Made by a program: the position numbers and the translations under genes. Below are positions 37,108-46,345 of a DNA stretch of 64,000 bases, piece by piece. The notes beneath the pieces were generated by a model that made no database searches, was not told where the DNA came from, and saw only the letters and a program-made list of their open reading frames with translations. Within the stretch, counting starts at the first letter, position 1, and each line of letters starts with the position of its first letter. Origin of the DNA: an uncultured Alphaproteobacteria bacterium (GTDB lineage Bacteria; Pseudomonadota; Alphaproteobacteria; Caulobacterales; Hyphomonadaceae); assembly GCA_963836905.1 (NCBI GenBank), contig CAWIKY010000007.1:253364-317363 (forward strand). The letters run 5' to 3'.

Positions 37108-39978
37108 CTAGAACCGCTTGGCCACGGAGACCCCGTAGGTTGCAGGCTCGTTCAGGAAGATGTTCGTGAACAGACCGGAGCTGTCATCGGTGAGGTAGGC
37201 ACCGGTGATGGCTTCCTCATCGAGCACGTTCTTGCCGAACGCTTCGATGGAGAGGCCGGAGTCTTCATTTTCGAAACGGACCGACAGGTTCAGGTTGGTG
37301 AAGCTGTCCAGTTCGTCATGGCCGGTGTTCCAGACGCGGCTGAAGCTGTCATCCTGGAAGTAAAAGTCGGCACGCGGCGTCATCGTCCAGGTTCCACCGC
37401 GACCAAAGGTGTATTCCGCGCCGACATTCAGCGTCATTTCCGGCGTTCCCGGAATGGAGTTGCCATCAAGGTTTTTCGCTTCGCCCTCGAACGGGGTGAG
37501 CCCGCCGACGGTCTGCTGCACGCCGTTGGAGTCGATGTAGGTCACATTGCCAACCCCGAAGGCGGCTTCCTGTCCGGCAAACGCTCCAACGCAAAGCCCG
37601 GCGGTATTGCCCGGCGCAAGTACGCCTGCCGCAATCGCCCCGAGCACGGTGGCATAGCCCTGCGCCGAGACCACGCAGTTGGCGTAGGTCGAGGCGTTCT
37701 TCAGAACGACGAGATCGGTCCGGCCATTTGTCCGGTCGAGCACGTCGATCGCGAAGGCGTCCTGAATCTCGCTGTCCAGAAGCCCGAGATTGGCGTTGAA
37801 CTGCAGCGTTTTGTAAGGGTTCCAGATCGTCTCAAGCTCGAAGCCGCTGATCTTGGCATCGATATTGAAGTTGGCAGATGTCCGGTTGATGATCTGCGTG
37901 ATCTGATAGCCTTCATAGTCGTACAGGAACGCCGTGGCGTTCAGCTGCAGTGCGCCTTCCAGAAGCGTGTTCTTCGTTCCGACTTCGTATGAGTTGATGA
38001 ACTCGGGCTCGAAGAGTTGCGGGAAGGCGTTCGGTACACCGGCAGGCTGTGGCGGGTTGATGCCGCCGCCCTTGTAGCCGCGTGAATAGAAGCCGTAGAT
38101 CAGCGTGTCTTCAGACATTGCCAGATCAGGAGACCAGTCAAAACCGACACGTCCCGTTACTTCCTCGAACTCGGCAGTAAAAATGCCGTCCGGTGCGCCC
38201 GAAATAACGTTCGGCGCCGGAGTGAATGGGTCGGCACGAACCGTATTCGGCACGAAGAGAAGCGACGGAATGTTTTCCTGGCTCTTCTCATCGCTCGTAT
38301 ACCGCAAGCCTACGGTAAGCTGCAGGGTGTCGGTGATGTCGACATAGGTTTCACCGAAGACCGCAAAGCTTTCAAGCTTGTAGGGCGAGACAGAGCGGAA
38401 ATAGTTCCGGCCTGTTCCGTCAATATTGCTGATCAGGGGCGGGACGCCGTTGCCTGACGTGTCAACGCTCGTCGGTCCACCGAAGATGGCACCACCGATG
38501 GCGTTGTTCAATTGCGTAAGCGCCGTCAGCGTATTCGACATCACGATATAGCTGTCGCCAATGGATTCAACAGGCCCGGTTTCGAAGTCTACGAAGATAC
38601 CACCAAGGTTGAAGTTAAACCGGCCATCAAAATCGGACTGGATGCGCAGTTCGTGCGTCGTCTGCTCGCTGGTTGCACCCGAGAGATCGAAAGTCCGGAA
38701 TGTATTTGATGTACCAAGCTGGGGATCGGTAACAACGCCGCCCGGGAAAAGGGCTTGATAGACCGGGCGTAGAGCCGGGTTTCCAAGCGGCGTTCCGACC
38801 GTGTTAAAGGTGATATCGGGGGCAATCTTGTTATAGTCTTCTTCGGAGAGAACCGACGTTTCATTGAAGCTACCGAGATAGGTTAGCGTCAGCGAGTCGG
38901 TTACATCGAATTCCGCACGTGCCGTATAGAGCGTCTGATCGGCCTGATAGCGCGGATCGAATGCCGACTCGATTGTCCGCAGATCGCGGATAAGCGGTGT
39001 CAGGAACGCGTCGCCGTTGAGGAGACCGGCGGTAATGCCAAGGCCGCCGCCAAGCGTACCTGCGGAGTTGACGCGCTGGAAGCTTTGATCGAGCGGCGCT
39101 TCCTGGCAGCCGGTCGTCGTGTAAATCTGGTCCGGTGCGGAAATCGGGAGGCCTGAAAAACTGGTCTCGAACGGATCCTTGTTACAAAGCTGCTTGCCGG
39201 TACGCAGACGTGTGTCGTCCTCCTCGAAGTGTTCGATGGAGATAAACGAGCGGAACCGGTCGGTGGGTTCCCAGGCAAGCGTGGCGCGAACACCGAAGAG
39301 ATCGCGGTCGTCAATGTCGTTGCCAGTGACAATATTTTCCGCAAACCCGTCTCGCTGCAGATAGGACCCGGCAACGCGCAAAGCGAGGGAGTCACCAATC
39401 GGCAGGTTCACCATGCCCTTGACCTTGGCGGTGTTGTCCGAGCCCAGCGTACCGCGGATGTTTGCCTGGAATTCTTCAAGAACCGGTTTGGCCGTAATGA
39501 TGTTGATGACGCCGCCTGTCGAGTTGCGGCCATAAAGCGTGCCCTGCGGCCCGCGCAGGACTTCCACCCGCTCGACATCGAAGAATTCGGCCTCGAACAG
39601 GCGGTTGGCTGTCAGCGGCACATCGTTCTGGTGAACACCGACACCGGCATCACCGGACGTTGCAACCAGATCGGTACCGATGCCGCGGATCTTGAAGTTG
39701 GAGCCGGTGAAGTTGCCCTTGGTGAAGTTCACGTTGGGAATGGTCTTTGTCAGGTCGGGTCCGCCTGCAAGCTGGAGCTTCTCGAGCGACTCCTCGTCGA
39801 ACGCGGAAACGGCAATCGGGACATCCTGAATGGATTCAGCCTGTTTCTGGGTCGTGACGACAATGGTTTCGAACGTGCGTTCGTTGTCCTGCGCGAGGGT
39901 CGGCGATGCCGCCAGACCAAGCGTTCCAGCCGATACCCCGAGATACAGGGCGCACTTCATGCGTTTTGCGAATGTCAT
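37108..39978 (-). CDS. TonB-dependent receptor (956 aa)
   Basis: Signal peptide ...LAASPTLAQD, plug region ETIVVTTQK...DVPIAVSAF and VEVLRGPQGTLYGRNSTGGVINI, and a terminal aromatic ...VAKRF. The ATG at 39978 is preceded by GGAGGAG. Confidence 0.9.
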   Translation of the reverse strand: MTFAKRMKCALYLGVSAGTLGLAASPTLAQDNERTFETIVVTTQKQAESIQDVPIAVSAFDEESLEKLQLAGGPDLTKTIPNVNFTKGNFTGSNFKIRGIGTDLVATSGDAGVGVHQNDVPLTANRLFEAEFFDVERVEVLRGPQGTLYGRNSTGGVINIITAKPVLEEFQANIRGTLGSDNTAKVKGMVNLPIGDSLALRVAGSYLQRDGFAENIVTGNDIDDRDLFGVRATLAWEPTDRFRSFISIEHFEEDDTRLRTGKQLCNKDPFETSFSGLPISAPDQIYTTTGCQEAPLDQSFQRVNSAGTLGGGLGITAGLLNGDAFLTPLIRDLRTIESAFDPRYQADQTLYTARAEFDVTDSLTLTYLGSFNETSVLSEEDYNKIAPDITFNTVGTPLGNPALRPVYQALFPGGVVTDPQLGTSNTFRTFDLSGATSEQTTHELRIQSDFDGRFNFNLGGIFVDFETGPVESIGDSYIVMSNTLTALTQLNNAIGGAIFGGPTSVDTSGNGVPPLISNIDGTGRNYFRSVSPYKLESFAVFGETYVDITDTLQLTVGLRYTSDEKSQENIPSLLFVPNTVRADPFTPAPNVISGAPDGIFTAEFEEVTGRVGFDWSPDLAMSEDTLIYGFYSRGYKGGGINPPQPAGVPNAFPQLFEPEFINSYEVGTKNTLLEGALQLNATAFLYDYEGYQITQIINRTSANFNIDAKISGFELETIWNPYKTLQFNANLGLLDSEIQDAFAIDVLDRTNGRTDLVVLKNASTYANCVVSAQGYATVLGAIAAGVLAPGNTAGLCVGAFAGQEAAFGVGNVTYIDSNGVQQTVGGLTPFEGEAKNLDGNSIPGTPEMTLNVGAEYTFGRGGTWTMTPRADFYFQDDSFSRVWNTGHDELDSFTNLNLSVRFENEDSGLSIEAFGKNVLDEEAITGAYLTDDSSGLFTNIFLNEPATYGVSVAKRF

Positions 39979-40123
39979 TCTCACTCCTCCCCTCGAGGCC
40001 GTCCAGACCTCATTTGCGGGTCCGGTATCGGTTCTGCGCATAAGTACGCGTTCGAGCGAAGCGATCTGACTGCGCGGTGGCAGGGGTTGTCAATGGCAGA
40101 AGTGACCGCGGCGGTTCGTCGCG

Positions 40124-40133
40124 GTTAATTAAC
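40124..40133. promoter_or_regulatory. AT-only perfect palindrome GTTAATTAAC in the divergent receptor/queC promoter region
   Basis: Read directly from the sequence. It is about 145 nt upstream of the receptor ATG and about 100 nt upstream of the queC ATG. Confidence 0.2.
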
Positions 40134-40230
40134 GCAAATGGTGTGACGCCGCGGCAACTGCCACCCTCGACAAGACCCGGATTTTGCCCAAGAATCAGGC
40201 AGTATCGCCGATCACTGGGAACGCCGCGAC

Positions 40231-40956
40231 ATGACCAATGCCCTCGTCCTTTTTTCCGGCGGACAGGATTCGACCGTCTGTCTGGCGTCGGCGCTGTCCC
40301 GGTTTGATCGCGTAACGACGGTCGGATTCGATTACGGTCAGCGTCACCGGATTGAGCTGGATTGCCGTCCGCGCGTGCTTGAGGCCATGAGGGTGGGGTT
40401 TCCGGACTGGAGCGCGAAACTTGGCGAGGACCTGCTGATCCCGATCCCGGCGTTCGGAGCGATTGGCGGCAGCGCCATGACGGACGAAATCGCAATCGAG
40501 ACAGCGGCGTCCGGCCTGCCAAACACGTTCGTTCCAGCGCGCAATCTGGTGTTCCTCACGCTGGCCTCCGGACTTGCCTACAGGCAAGGAGCGAGCGTGC
40601 TGGTGGGCGGCATGTGCCAGACGGATTATTCCGGTTATCCCGACTGTCGACGTGAGACACTGGACGCGCAGGAACAGGCGCTTGCCCTCGGGCTGGAAAA
40701 GCCGATGAGGATCGACACGCCCCTTATGGACCTGACCAAGGCTCAGTCATGGGCGCTTTCGAAAGGGTTGGGCGGGAATGCGCTTGTCTCGCTCATCGTA
40801 GAAGAGACCCACACCTGCTATGTCGGAGACCGCACGCAGCGCCATGACTGGGGCTATGGATGCGGCAACTGTCCGGCTTGCGATCTTCGTGCGCGGGGCT
40901 GGAATGACTGGAAAAACGCAGGCCAACCGACGGTGGACATTGCAATGTCATCCTGA
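40231..40956 (+). CDS. queC: 7-cyano-7-deazaguanine synthase
   Basis: [16 protein letters not shown]-loop and a C-terminal Cys cluster CYVG...CGNCPAC. Confidence 0.9.
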   Translation: MTNALVLFSGGQDSTVCLASALSRFDRVTTVGFDYGQRHRIELDCRPRVLEAMRVGFPDWSAKLGEDLLIPIPAFGAIGGSAMTDEIAIETAASGLPNTFVPARNLVFLTLASGLAYRQGASVLVGGMCQTDYSGYPDCRRETLDAQEQALALGLEKPMRIDTPLMDLTKAQSWALSKGLGGNALVSLIVEETHTCYVGDRTQRHDWGYGCGNCPACDLRARGWNDWKNAGQPTVDIAMSS

Positions 40957-41018
40957 ATGGGGGATAGAGCGCGGCTTCGCATCACCCTCCCTGGAAGCCC
41001 TTGTCCGCTGATCCGTCA

Positions 41019-41438
41019 ATGACCAAACCTGCACAAAATTCCGGCCGGAAAACCCGGGGCCTGCCGCTTGACGGGGTAACCTTCGAGATCGCCAAGGGCG
41101 CGGGCTTCGAAGCAGCGCACAAGCTGGACCCTTCAGAGGATGGCCACCCCTATGGCCGCGTGCACGGGCATTCGTTCCGTATCGACATTGCTGTTCTGGG
41201 AACCGCAGGTAGCGGCGATGACTGGGTTGTCGACCTCGCTGATCTTGACGCCGCTCTGTCGCGTGTAACAGCCCTGCTGGACCATTCGATGCTGAACGAT
41301 ATTCCGGGGCTGGAACTGCCAACGCTTGAACGTTTGTGCATGTTCATCGCCAGCCGGCTTTTGCCGGATCTGCCGGGGCTTCACACCGTGAAGGTGTCCC
41401 GGCCCAGCCTGTCGGAAAGCTGCTCGATCACGCTGTAG
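41019..41438 (+). CDS. queD: 6-carboxytetrahydropterin synthase
   Basis: FEAAHKL...HGHSF zinc/catalytic motifs and LDHSMLND. Start set to the ATG at 41019. Confidence 0.85.
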   Translation: MTKPAQNSGRKTRGLPLDGVTFEIAKGAGFEAAHKLDPSEDGHPYGRVHGHSFRIDIAVLGTAGSGDDWVVDLADLDAALSRVTALLDHSMLNDIPGLELPTLERLCMFIASRLLPDLPGLHTVKVSRPSLSESCSITL

Positions 41439-41617
41439 GCACAGAGACGCGCGTGTCTGGTCTAGCAAAGGATGAGGCATTCCTGTCAGTCGCCACTCCA
41501 GAGAGGTGGAGCGCGGCGTTCCTGTTCGAGGAAATGTAAAGGTATGAAGCCGCAGTTCGGGTCTCCCCGGCGCGCCGCGTTGATACTGGCGTGACGTCAG
41601 CCCCGGAAAACTTGCGC

Positions 41618-42112
41618 CTACGACCCGGCGTTTCCGGCATTCTCGGCAAGTCTGCTCGCGAAACGGCTGAAAGCGCGGTGCGCATCGCCCCATGTCGTTT
41701 GATATTGTGCCCATTCGATCTGGGTTTCGTACCAGTCGTAATTCAGGGAAGCGACTTCCCGCCCGCTGGCATCGAAGGCCTTGCCGGACAGTTCCGCGCC
41801 GCCCAGGCTGAAGCTTTGCAGGCTGAGCCCGATACGGTCACCCATTTCCTTGATAGTCGGCCGGTTCGGCTTGGCGTCTTCCACGACAACAGCGATCCGC
41901 TCGACCATGCCCGCATCGTCGCCAAAGGCACGCGTCAGGTCTTCGGTCAGTTTCTTTGTCAGGTATTCGGCTTCGCGCTGGCCATAGGTGTCATCGAATT
42001 TCTCGGTCAATTCCGGTGAAAAGCTGACATCTACGGTCGTGGCGGCTGCGAACGGTGCCAGAGACAGCGCCGCAGCTGAAATTATGACCGTTACCGGTCC
42101 TTTACGTGACAT
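41618..42112 (-). CDS. hypothetical secreted protein
   Basis: 164 aa with a signal-like N-terminus (VTVIISAAALSLAPFAAA). I recognise no family. Confidence 0.5.
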   Translation of the reverse strand: MSRKGPVTVIISAAALSLAPFAAATTVDVSFSPELTEKFDDTYGQREAEYLTKKLTEDLTRAFGDDAGMVERIAVVVEDAKPNRPTIKEMGDRIGLSLQSFSLGGAELSGKAFDASGREVASLNYDWYETQIEWAQYQTTWGDAHRAFSRFASRLAENAGNAGS

Positions 42113-42223
42113 ATCAGGCTCCCTTCAATCTGCCGGACAATCACTGTTCGGTTAATTGAATATGGGGTCTGACGGGGCACTTGCCAAAGCCCTTGTGCAG
42201 TCGAGCCGCGTTTCGTCCAACGC

Positions 42224-42502
42224 TCAGTCGCGTTTGCGGCGCTCCTTCTCGAGGCGCTTGCGTTCCTTTTCCATCTTCTTGCGCTCTTTCTCCAGGGCCT
42301 TGCGCTCTTTCTTGCTCTTGCCATCGGGGGTGACGATATCGACCGCGCCGCCGACAGCCGCGCCTGTGAGTTCCACCCCGGCCTCGACGGTTTCCGCCGC
42401 GACGCCGACTATGGTTGTTGCCACACAGCCCTGCAGCGCAAAGACTGCGAAGGCGGCAATGCCTGTATTCATCAGGCTTGTACGCCTTGCTGATCGTTTC
42501 AT
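42224..42502 (-). CDS. small lipoprotein with Lys/Glu/Arg-rich repetitive C-terminal tail
   Basis: Lipobox FALQGC follows a basic N-terminus. Tail KKERKALEKERKKMEKERKRLEKERRKRD. The start is ambiguous (42502 or 42472). Confidence 0.5.
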   Translation of the reverse strand: MKRSARRTSLMNTGIAAFAVFALQGCVATTIVGVAAETVEAGVELTGAAVGGAVDIVTPDGKSKKERKALEKERKKMEKERKRLEKERRKRD

Positions 42503-42569
42503 CTGTCCAGGGCCCCGTCTGTCTGTTTGTGCACGCAAGGTGTCTCGGGCACAGATGTGAAGATCAGGT

Positions 42570-43265
42570 TCAAATCGTATCGACGAAGACAATTTCCGCA
42601 TCATCGAGACCTTTGAAAACGAGCCTTTGCGGCCCCGAAACGGAGGCCCCGTCGCGCGCGGACAGGCTCTCGCCGTCCACTTCAACCTTGCCCGCTGCCA
42701 GAACGAAATAGCCTTTTCGCCCGTCTTTGAGGTCGAGCGACAGGGTTTCGCCCGCTTGCAGGGTTGCGCCCAGCACGCGGGCGTCCTGCGCAATCGGAAG
42801 GGCGGCGTCACTCTCCTCACCGGATGCCAGCACCGCCCATTCATTCGCGCGATCGGCCTTGGGAAACGCTCTGGCTCCCCAGCGCGGCGACAATCCCTGC
42901 CGCGACGGCTCTATCCAGAGCTGGAAGATCTGCGTCGGCTCGTCCTCAAGGTTCATTTCGGCATGCTGGATGCCGGTACCGGCGCTCATCACCTGCACGT
43001 CCCCCGCTTGCGTCCGCCCCTGATTGCCGAGCGAGTCGCGATGGGTGATCGCGCCTGTGCGAACATAGGTGATGATTTCCATGTCGCGATGGCCATGGGC
43101 TGGAAAGCCGGTGCCGGGCTGGATGGTATCATCGTTCCAGACACGCAGTTTGCCGTGCCCCATCCGGGCCGGGTCCATGTAGTGCGAAAAGGAAAAATGA
43201 TAGCGCGCGCTGAGCCAGTCATTCTCGAACTGACCCAGGTTTTCGAAACGTCGGATATCCAGCAT
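42570..43265 (-). CDS. pirin family protein
   Basis: Cupin metal site FPAHGHRDMEIITYV and a pirin-like N-terminus HFSFSHY. The ATG at 43265 is preceded by GGAGAC. Confidence 0.85.
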   Translation of the reverse strand: MLDIRRFENLGQFENDWLSARYHFSFSHYMDPARMGHGKLRVWNDDTIQPGTGFPAHGHRDMEIITYVRTGAITHRDSLGNQGRTQAGDVQVMSAGTGIQHAEMNLEDEPTQIFQLWIEPSRQGLSPRWGARAFPKADRANEWAVLASGEESDAALPIAQDARVLGATLQAGETLSLDLKDGRKGYFVLAAGKVEVDGESLSARDGASVSGPQRLVFKGLDDAEIVFVDTI

Positions 43266-43360
43266 GTCCGTCTCCATCAGAGTTGACGCTCAGATGGGAT
43301 ACGGCGCAGGCTGGACCAAGAGACCCGCGCTGCTTTCCGGACCGAAATGAGGACTGCGCC

Positions 43361-43738
43361 ATGACGGATACCCCTGACGAAGACAAGAAAGACCTTGCCG
43401 AATACCGGACGGACTGGGCCGAGGACCGGACCGTTCTGGCAAACGAGCGCACCTATGCCGCCTGGATGCGGACCGGCATGGCATCTGTTGCGATCGGTCT
43501 GGGGTTTCAGGCCATTTTCAGGGCAGCCGAGCCCACCTGGCCCGCCAAGCTGGTGGCAACCCTCTTCATAGTGATCGGTATTTTTGTGTTCTGGACGGCA
43601 TGGTCAAACGCGCGGGGCCTGTTCAAACGGCTGACCTCGCATGCTGCCAATCCGATAACACCTGCCCGGGTAGGCCTCATATCGGGGCTTTTCTCGTTCG
43701 CTGCCTGCGCTCTGGTGTTCGTTCTCTGGACGCTTTGA
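43361..43738 (+). CDS. DUF202 (YidH) family membrane protein
   Basis: LAEYRTDWAEDRTVLANERTYAAWMRTG is the DUF202 signature. Three TM helices. GAGGA upstream of the ATG at 43361. Confidence 0.75.
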   Translation: MTDTPDEDKKDLAEYRTDWAEDRTVLANERTYAAWMRTGMASVAIGLGFQAIFRAAEPTWPAKLVATLFIVIGIFVFWTAWSNARGLFKRLTSHAANPITPARVGLISGLFSFAACALVFVLWTL

Positions 43739-43824
43739 ACTTTGTACATCCCGTGTTATGTTGCACTGCACAATTTATTGAGGGCAGACCTTTCTGCCCC
43801 TACGGATACGACGGGGAACGAGCC

Positions 43825-44580
43825 ATGTTCGAGAACACGATGAACAAGACAGCCGATGTCATGCAGCACGCGCTTGAAGTCAGCAAGAGCATGGCCGAGC
43901 AGCAGGCGCGAATGTCCATTCCGACCCAACTTCCCTTCACCCTTGAAATGACCCCGGGGCCGTTTTCGTTCCCTTACTTCGCACCGCGCAAACCGGACGA
44001 AGCCAAGGCCCGCGAAGCCTTTCACAAGATGGCCGAACTGAACCTTCAGGCCTGGTCGATCACCGCCGAAGCCATCGCCGCCATGCCGTCATGGATGAAA
44101 GCCCCTTACCAGAAGCCCGGCGAGATGATGGCTGACTGGTTCGACACCTATGCTGCCGAACGCAACCGCCGCGACCCGTTCGTGAAGGGTCCGAATGCGG
44201 TCGAGACCGTCCCGGCCGAAACGGCAGATGCAGCACCCGCGCCGGTCGCAGCGCCCGCCGGCAATGTGGCCGCCAAGGCGCTCGAACCTGTCGATACACC
44301 AGAGCCGTCTACGAAGGACGAGACGGCCAACACTAGCGATACCCCCGTCGCGCCCGAGCTGTTCAGCACGCCGAAGGGCGAGGCCGACGACCTGACCCTC
44401 ATCAAGGGCGTCGGGCCGAAAGTCTCCGAAGCGCTCAACGCCATCGGCGTTCACCACTTCTGGCAAATTGCAGGCTGGACGCCGCAACATGTCGCCTGGC
44501 TCGATGATGCCATGAACCTCAATGGCCGCATCACGCGCGGAAGCTGGGTTGAACAGGCACAAGCGCTGCTCCCCGCCTGA
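43825..44580 (+). CDS. hypothetical protein with Ala/Pro-rich linker and a C-terminal helix-hairpin-helix-like module
   Basis: 251 aa. The C-terminus DDLTLIKGVGPKVSEALNAIGVHHFWQIAGW...NGRITRGSWVEQA is an HhH-like motif seen as an appendage on several alphaproteobacterial proteins. Confidence 0.55.
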   Translation: MFENTMNKTADVMQHALEVSKSMAEQQARMSIPTQLPFTLEMTPGPFSFPYFAPRKPDEAKAREAFHKMAELNLQAWSITAEAIAAMPSWMKAPYQKPGEMMADWFDTYAAERNRRDPFVKGPNAVETVPAETADAAPAPVAAPAGNVAAKALEPVDTPEPSTKDETANTSDTPVAPELFSTPKGEADDLTLIKGVGPKVSEALNAIGVHHFWQIAGWTPQHVAWLDDAMNLNGRITRGSWVEQAQALLPA

Positions 44581-44629
44581 GCCGCACTGTCTTGCCATTC
44601 GTCAAAAATCCGGCGAATAGGTCAGACAG

Positions 44630-44714
44630 GCGGGCGTGGTGGAAATGGTAGACACAACGGACTTAAAATCCGTCGGCTTCGGCCTTGCCGGTTCAAGTCC
44701 GGTCGCCCGCACCA
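44630..44714 (+). tRNA. tRNA-Leu (anticodon UAA), CCA encoded
   Basis: Manual fold: acceptor GCGGGCG/CGCCCGC, anticodon stem ACGGA/TCCGT with loop CTTAAAA, a long variable arm, T-loop TTCAAGT, and 3' ACCA. Confidence 0.9.
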
Positions 44715-44721
44715 GTCGCAC

Positions 44722-45714
44722 TCAAGGGGTCTTGTCCCCGCCAATCGCGGCGTAACAGGCCCGTTCGTCCTTGCGCAGCCGCGCCGGACCGGCAAGCCGT
44801 TCGATGACGCGGCCGTCGCGCGCCATGTCTGCCAGCACGGGGTGGATATAGGATGACAGCGCGATGGCAGGCGTGTTTCCGAGCCGGTCTGCGGCGGCTT
44901 CCGACATCGCCTTCAGAGTGATCTTGTCCTTCGTCCGTCGCAGATAGCCTGCCGCTGCCACGCTCCCCGTCCATGTGCGAAAATCCTTTGCGGTGAATGC
45001 CAGCCCCATCACATCGCCGATCCAGTCATTGACCTCATCGGCGTTGATACGATGGTCCTCGATCTGGAAGAGGTTTTCCTCGTTTTCGGCAGCCAGCCGC
45101 TTCAGGATGCGGGCCAGACCGGCATCGTTCAGCTCGACATGGCGTTCGCGGCCGCCCTTTCCCTGAAAATCAATCTCGATATGCGTACCTTTGACCTGCA
45201 CGGTTTCGGGGCTCAATGTCGTTGCACCCATCGCGCCGGACCCGTTGCGGAAACGGTTATGGCCCACCCGCAGCCCGCCATGATCGATCAACCGGACCAG
45301 TCCTGCCAGAACGCGTTCGCGGTCCATTTGCTTGCGACCCAAATCGCGCCTAACCCGTGCCCGCAGCCGTGGCAGCCGATCTGCAAAGTGCAGCAAATCC
45401 TCGAACTTGGCCTGCTCGCATGCATGCCTCCAGTCGGGGTGGTAGATGTATTGCCGCCGACCGGCCTCATCGCTGCCATAGGCAAGCACGTGCGCTTTCG
45501 GGTCCGGAGATATCCAGACATCTGTCCATGCAGGCGGGACCGCGAGCGCCTCGCAGGCCAGTCGCGCCGGTCCGGCAAGAACGCTGCCCGTGGCGGAGAT
45601 GTAGGAGAAACCCTTGCCCTGCCTGCGACGGACAATACCCGGACCATCGGTTCGGGCAGATTTGAGCCCGGCATCTGCAGGCGTCACGCGGTTGCGCGCC
45701 AGAAGCCCGGTCAT
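44722..45714 (-). CDS. DNA topoisomerase IB (bacterial/poxvirus-like type)
   Basis: 330 aa starting at the ATG at 45714. GFSYI..., QYIYHPDW, RVGHNRF, TAKDFRTW, and the catalytic-Tyr context LSSYIHP. Confidence 0.8.
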   Translation of the reverse strand: MTGLLARNRVTPADAGLKSARTDGPGIVRRRQGKGFSYISATGSVLAGPARLACEALAVPPAWTDVWISPDPKAHVLAYGSDEAGRRQYIYHPDWRHACEQAKFEDLLHFADRLPRLRARVRRDLGRKQMDRERVLAGLVRLIDHGGLRVGHNRFRNGSGAMGATTLSPETVQVKGTHIEIDFQGKGGRERHVELNDAGLARILKRLAAENEENLFQIEDHRINADEVNDWIGDVMGLAFTAKDFRTWTGSVAAAGYLRRTKDKITLKAMSEAAADRLGNTPAIALSSYIHPVLADMARDGRVIERLAGPARLRKDERACYAAIGGDKTP

Positions 45715-45880
45715 GGTTTTCCCGGATCCGCGCACAGATAGACCACAGCGCTCACAGGATTGGTGCCCGGGGGCAGGAAAAAATTGCCGCAACGCACACG
45801 CATCGACTTTCGTGAAAGGTGGAGCAGGAACGAATTGGCGTGACGCCTGTTCCATGAGAGTTGAAACGCGAAGGGACCCC

Positions 45881-46255
45881 ATGGACATTGTCGCAATTGT
45901 AAACTCGCTGTTGGCCGTGCTGACCATCGGGTTCGGAATGATCGCCTGGTTCATGCCGATGCGGACACTGAAGCGGTTCAAGCTGGAACCCGTCGGCGGT
46001 GGAACGCTCGGCATCTCAGAAACGCGTGCGGCCAGTGGCTCGCTCTGGGTCGCGGCGGGTCTCGCGGCGCTGGTGATCCAGATGCCGTGGGCCTTTGCGA
46101 TGATCGGCATTCTTTATCTCGGCGCGGGCGTGGGCCGCATCACCTCACTCGCGCTGGACGGAGCGGGAAACAAGGGGCCGTGGTTTTTCCTTGCGACAGA
46201 AATACCACTCGCCGCGTGGTTCCTCTCCATGAACCTTCCCGCCGCGCTGGGTTAA
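45881..46255 (+). CDS. DUF4345-like small membrane protein (second copy)
   Basis: 124 aa with four hydrophobic helices and the same architecture as 4329-4736. Confidence 0.5.
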   Translation: MDIVAIVNSLLAVLTIGFGMIAWFMPMRTLKRFKLEPVGGGTLGISETRAASGSLWVAAGLAALVIQMPWAFAMIGILYLGAGVGRITSLALDGAGNKGPWFFLATEIPLAAWFLSMNLPAALG

Positions 46256-46345
46256 GGATAAGATTATCGCTACACAGGCAGTCTCCGGTCGAGATTGCAC
46301 GCGCGAACCGCTTCGGATAAGCGGGTGGCCAAAGGGGAAACCGCA

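Noticed and set aside
39979-40230. preQ1 riboswitch upstream of queC, or a cobalamin riboswitch in the 250-nt leader of the TonB-dependent receptor
   Set aside because: I could not find the conserved preQ1 aptamer core. I also could not find a B12 box (AGxCAGGAAGACCTGCC-like) in the right order on either strand; only scattered partial matches exist.
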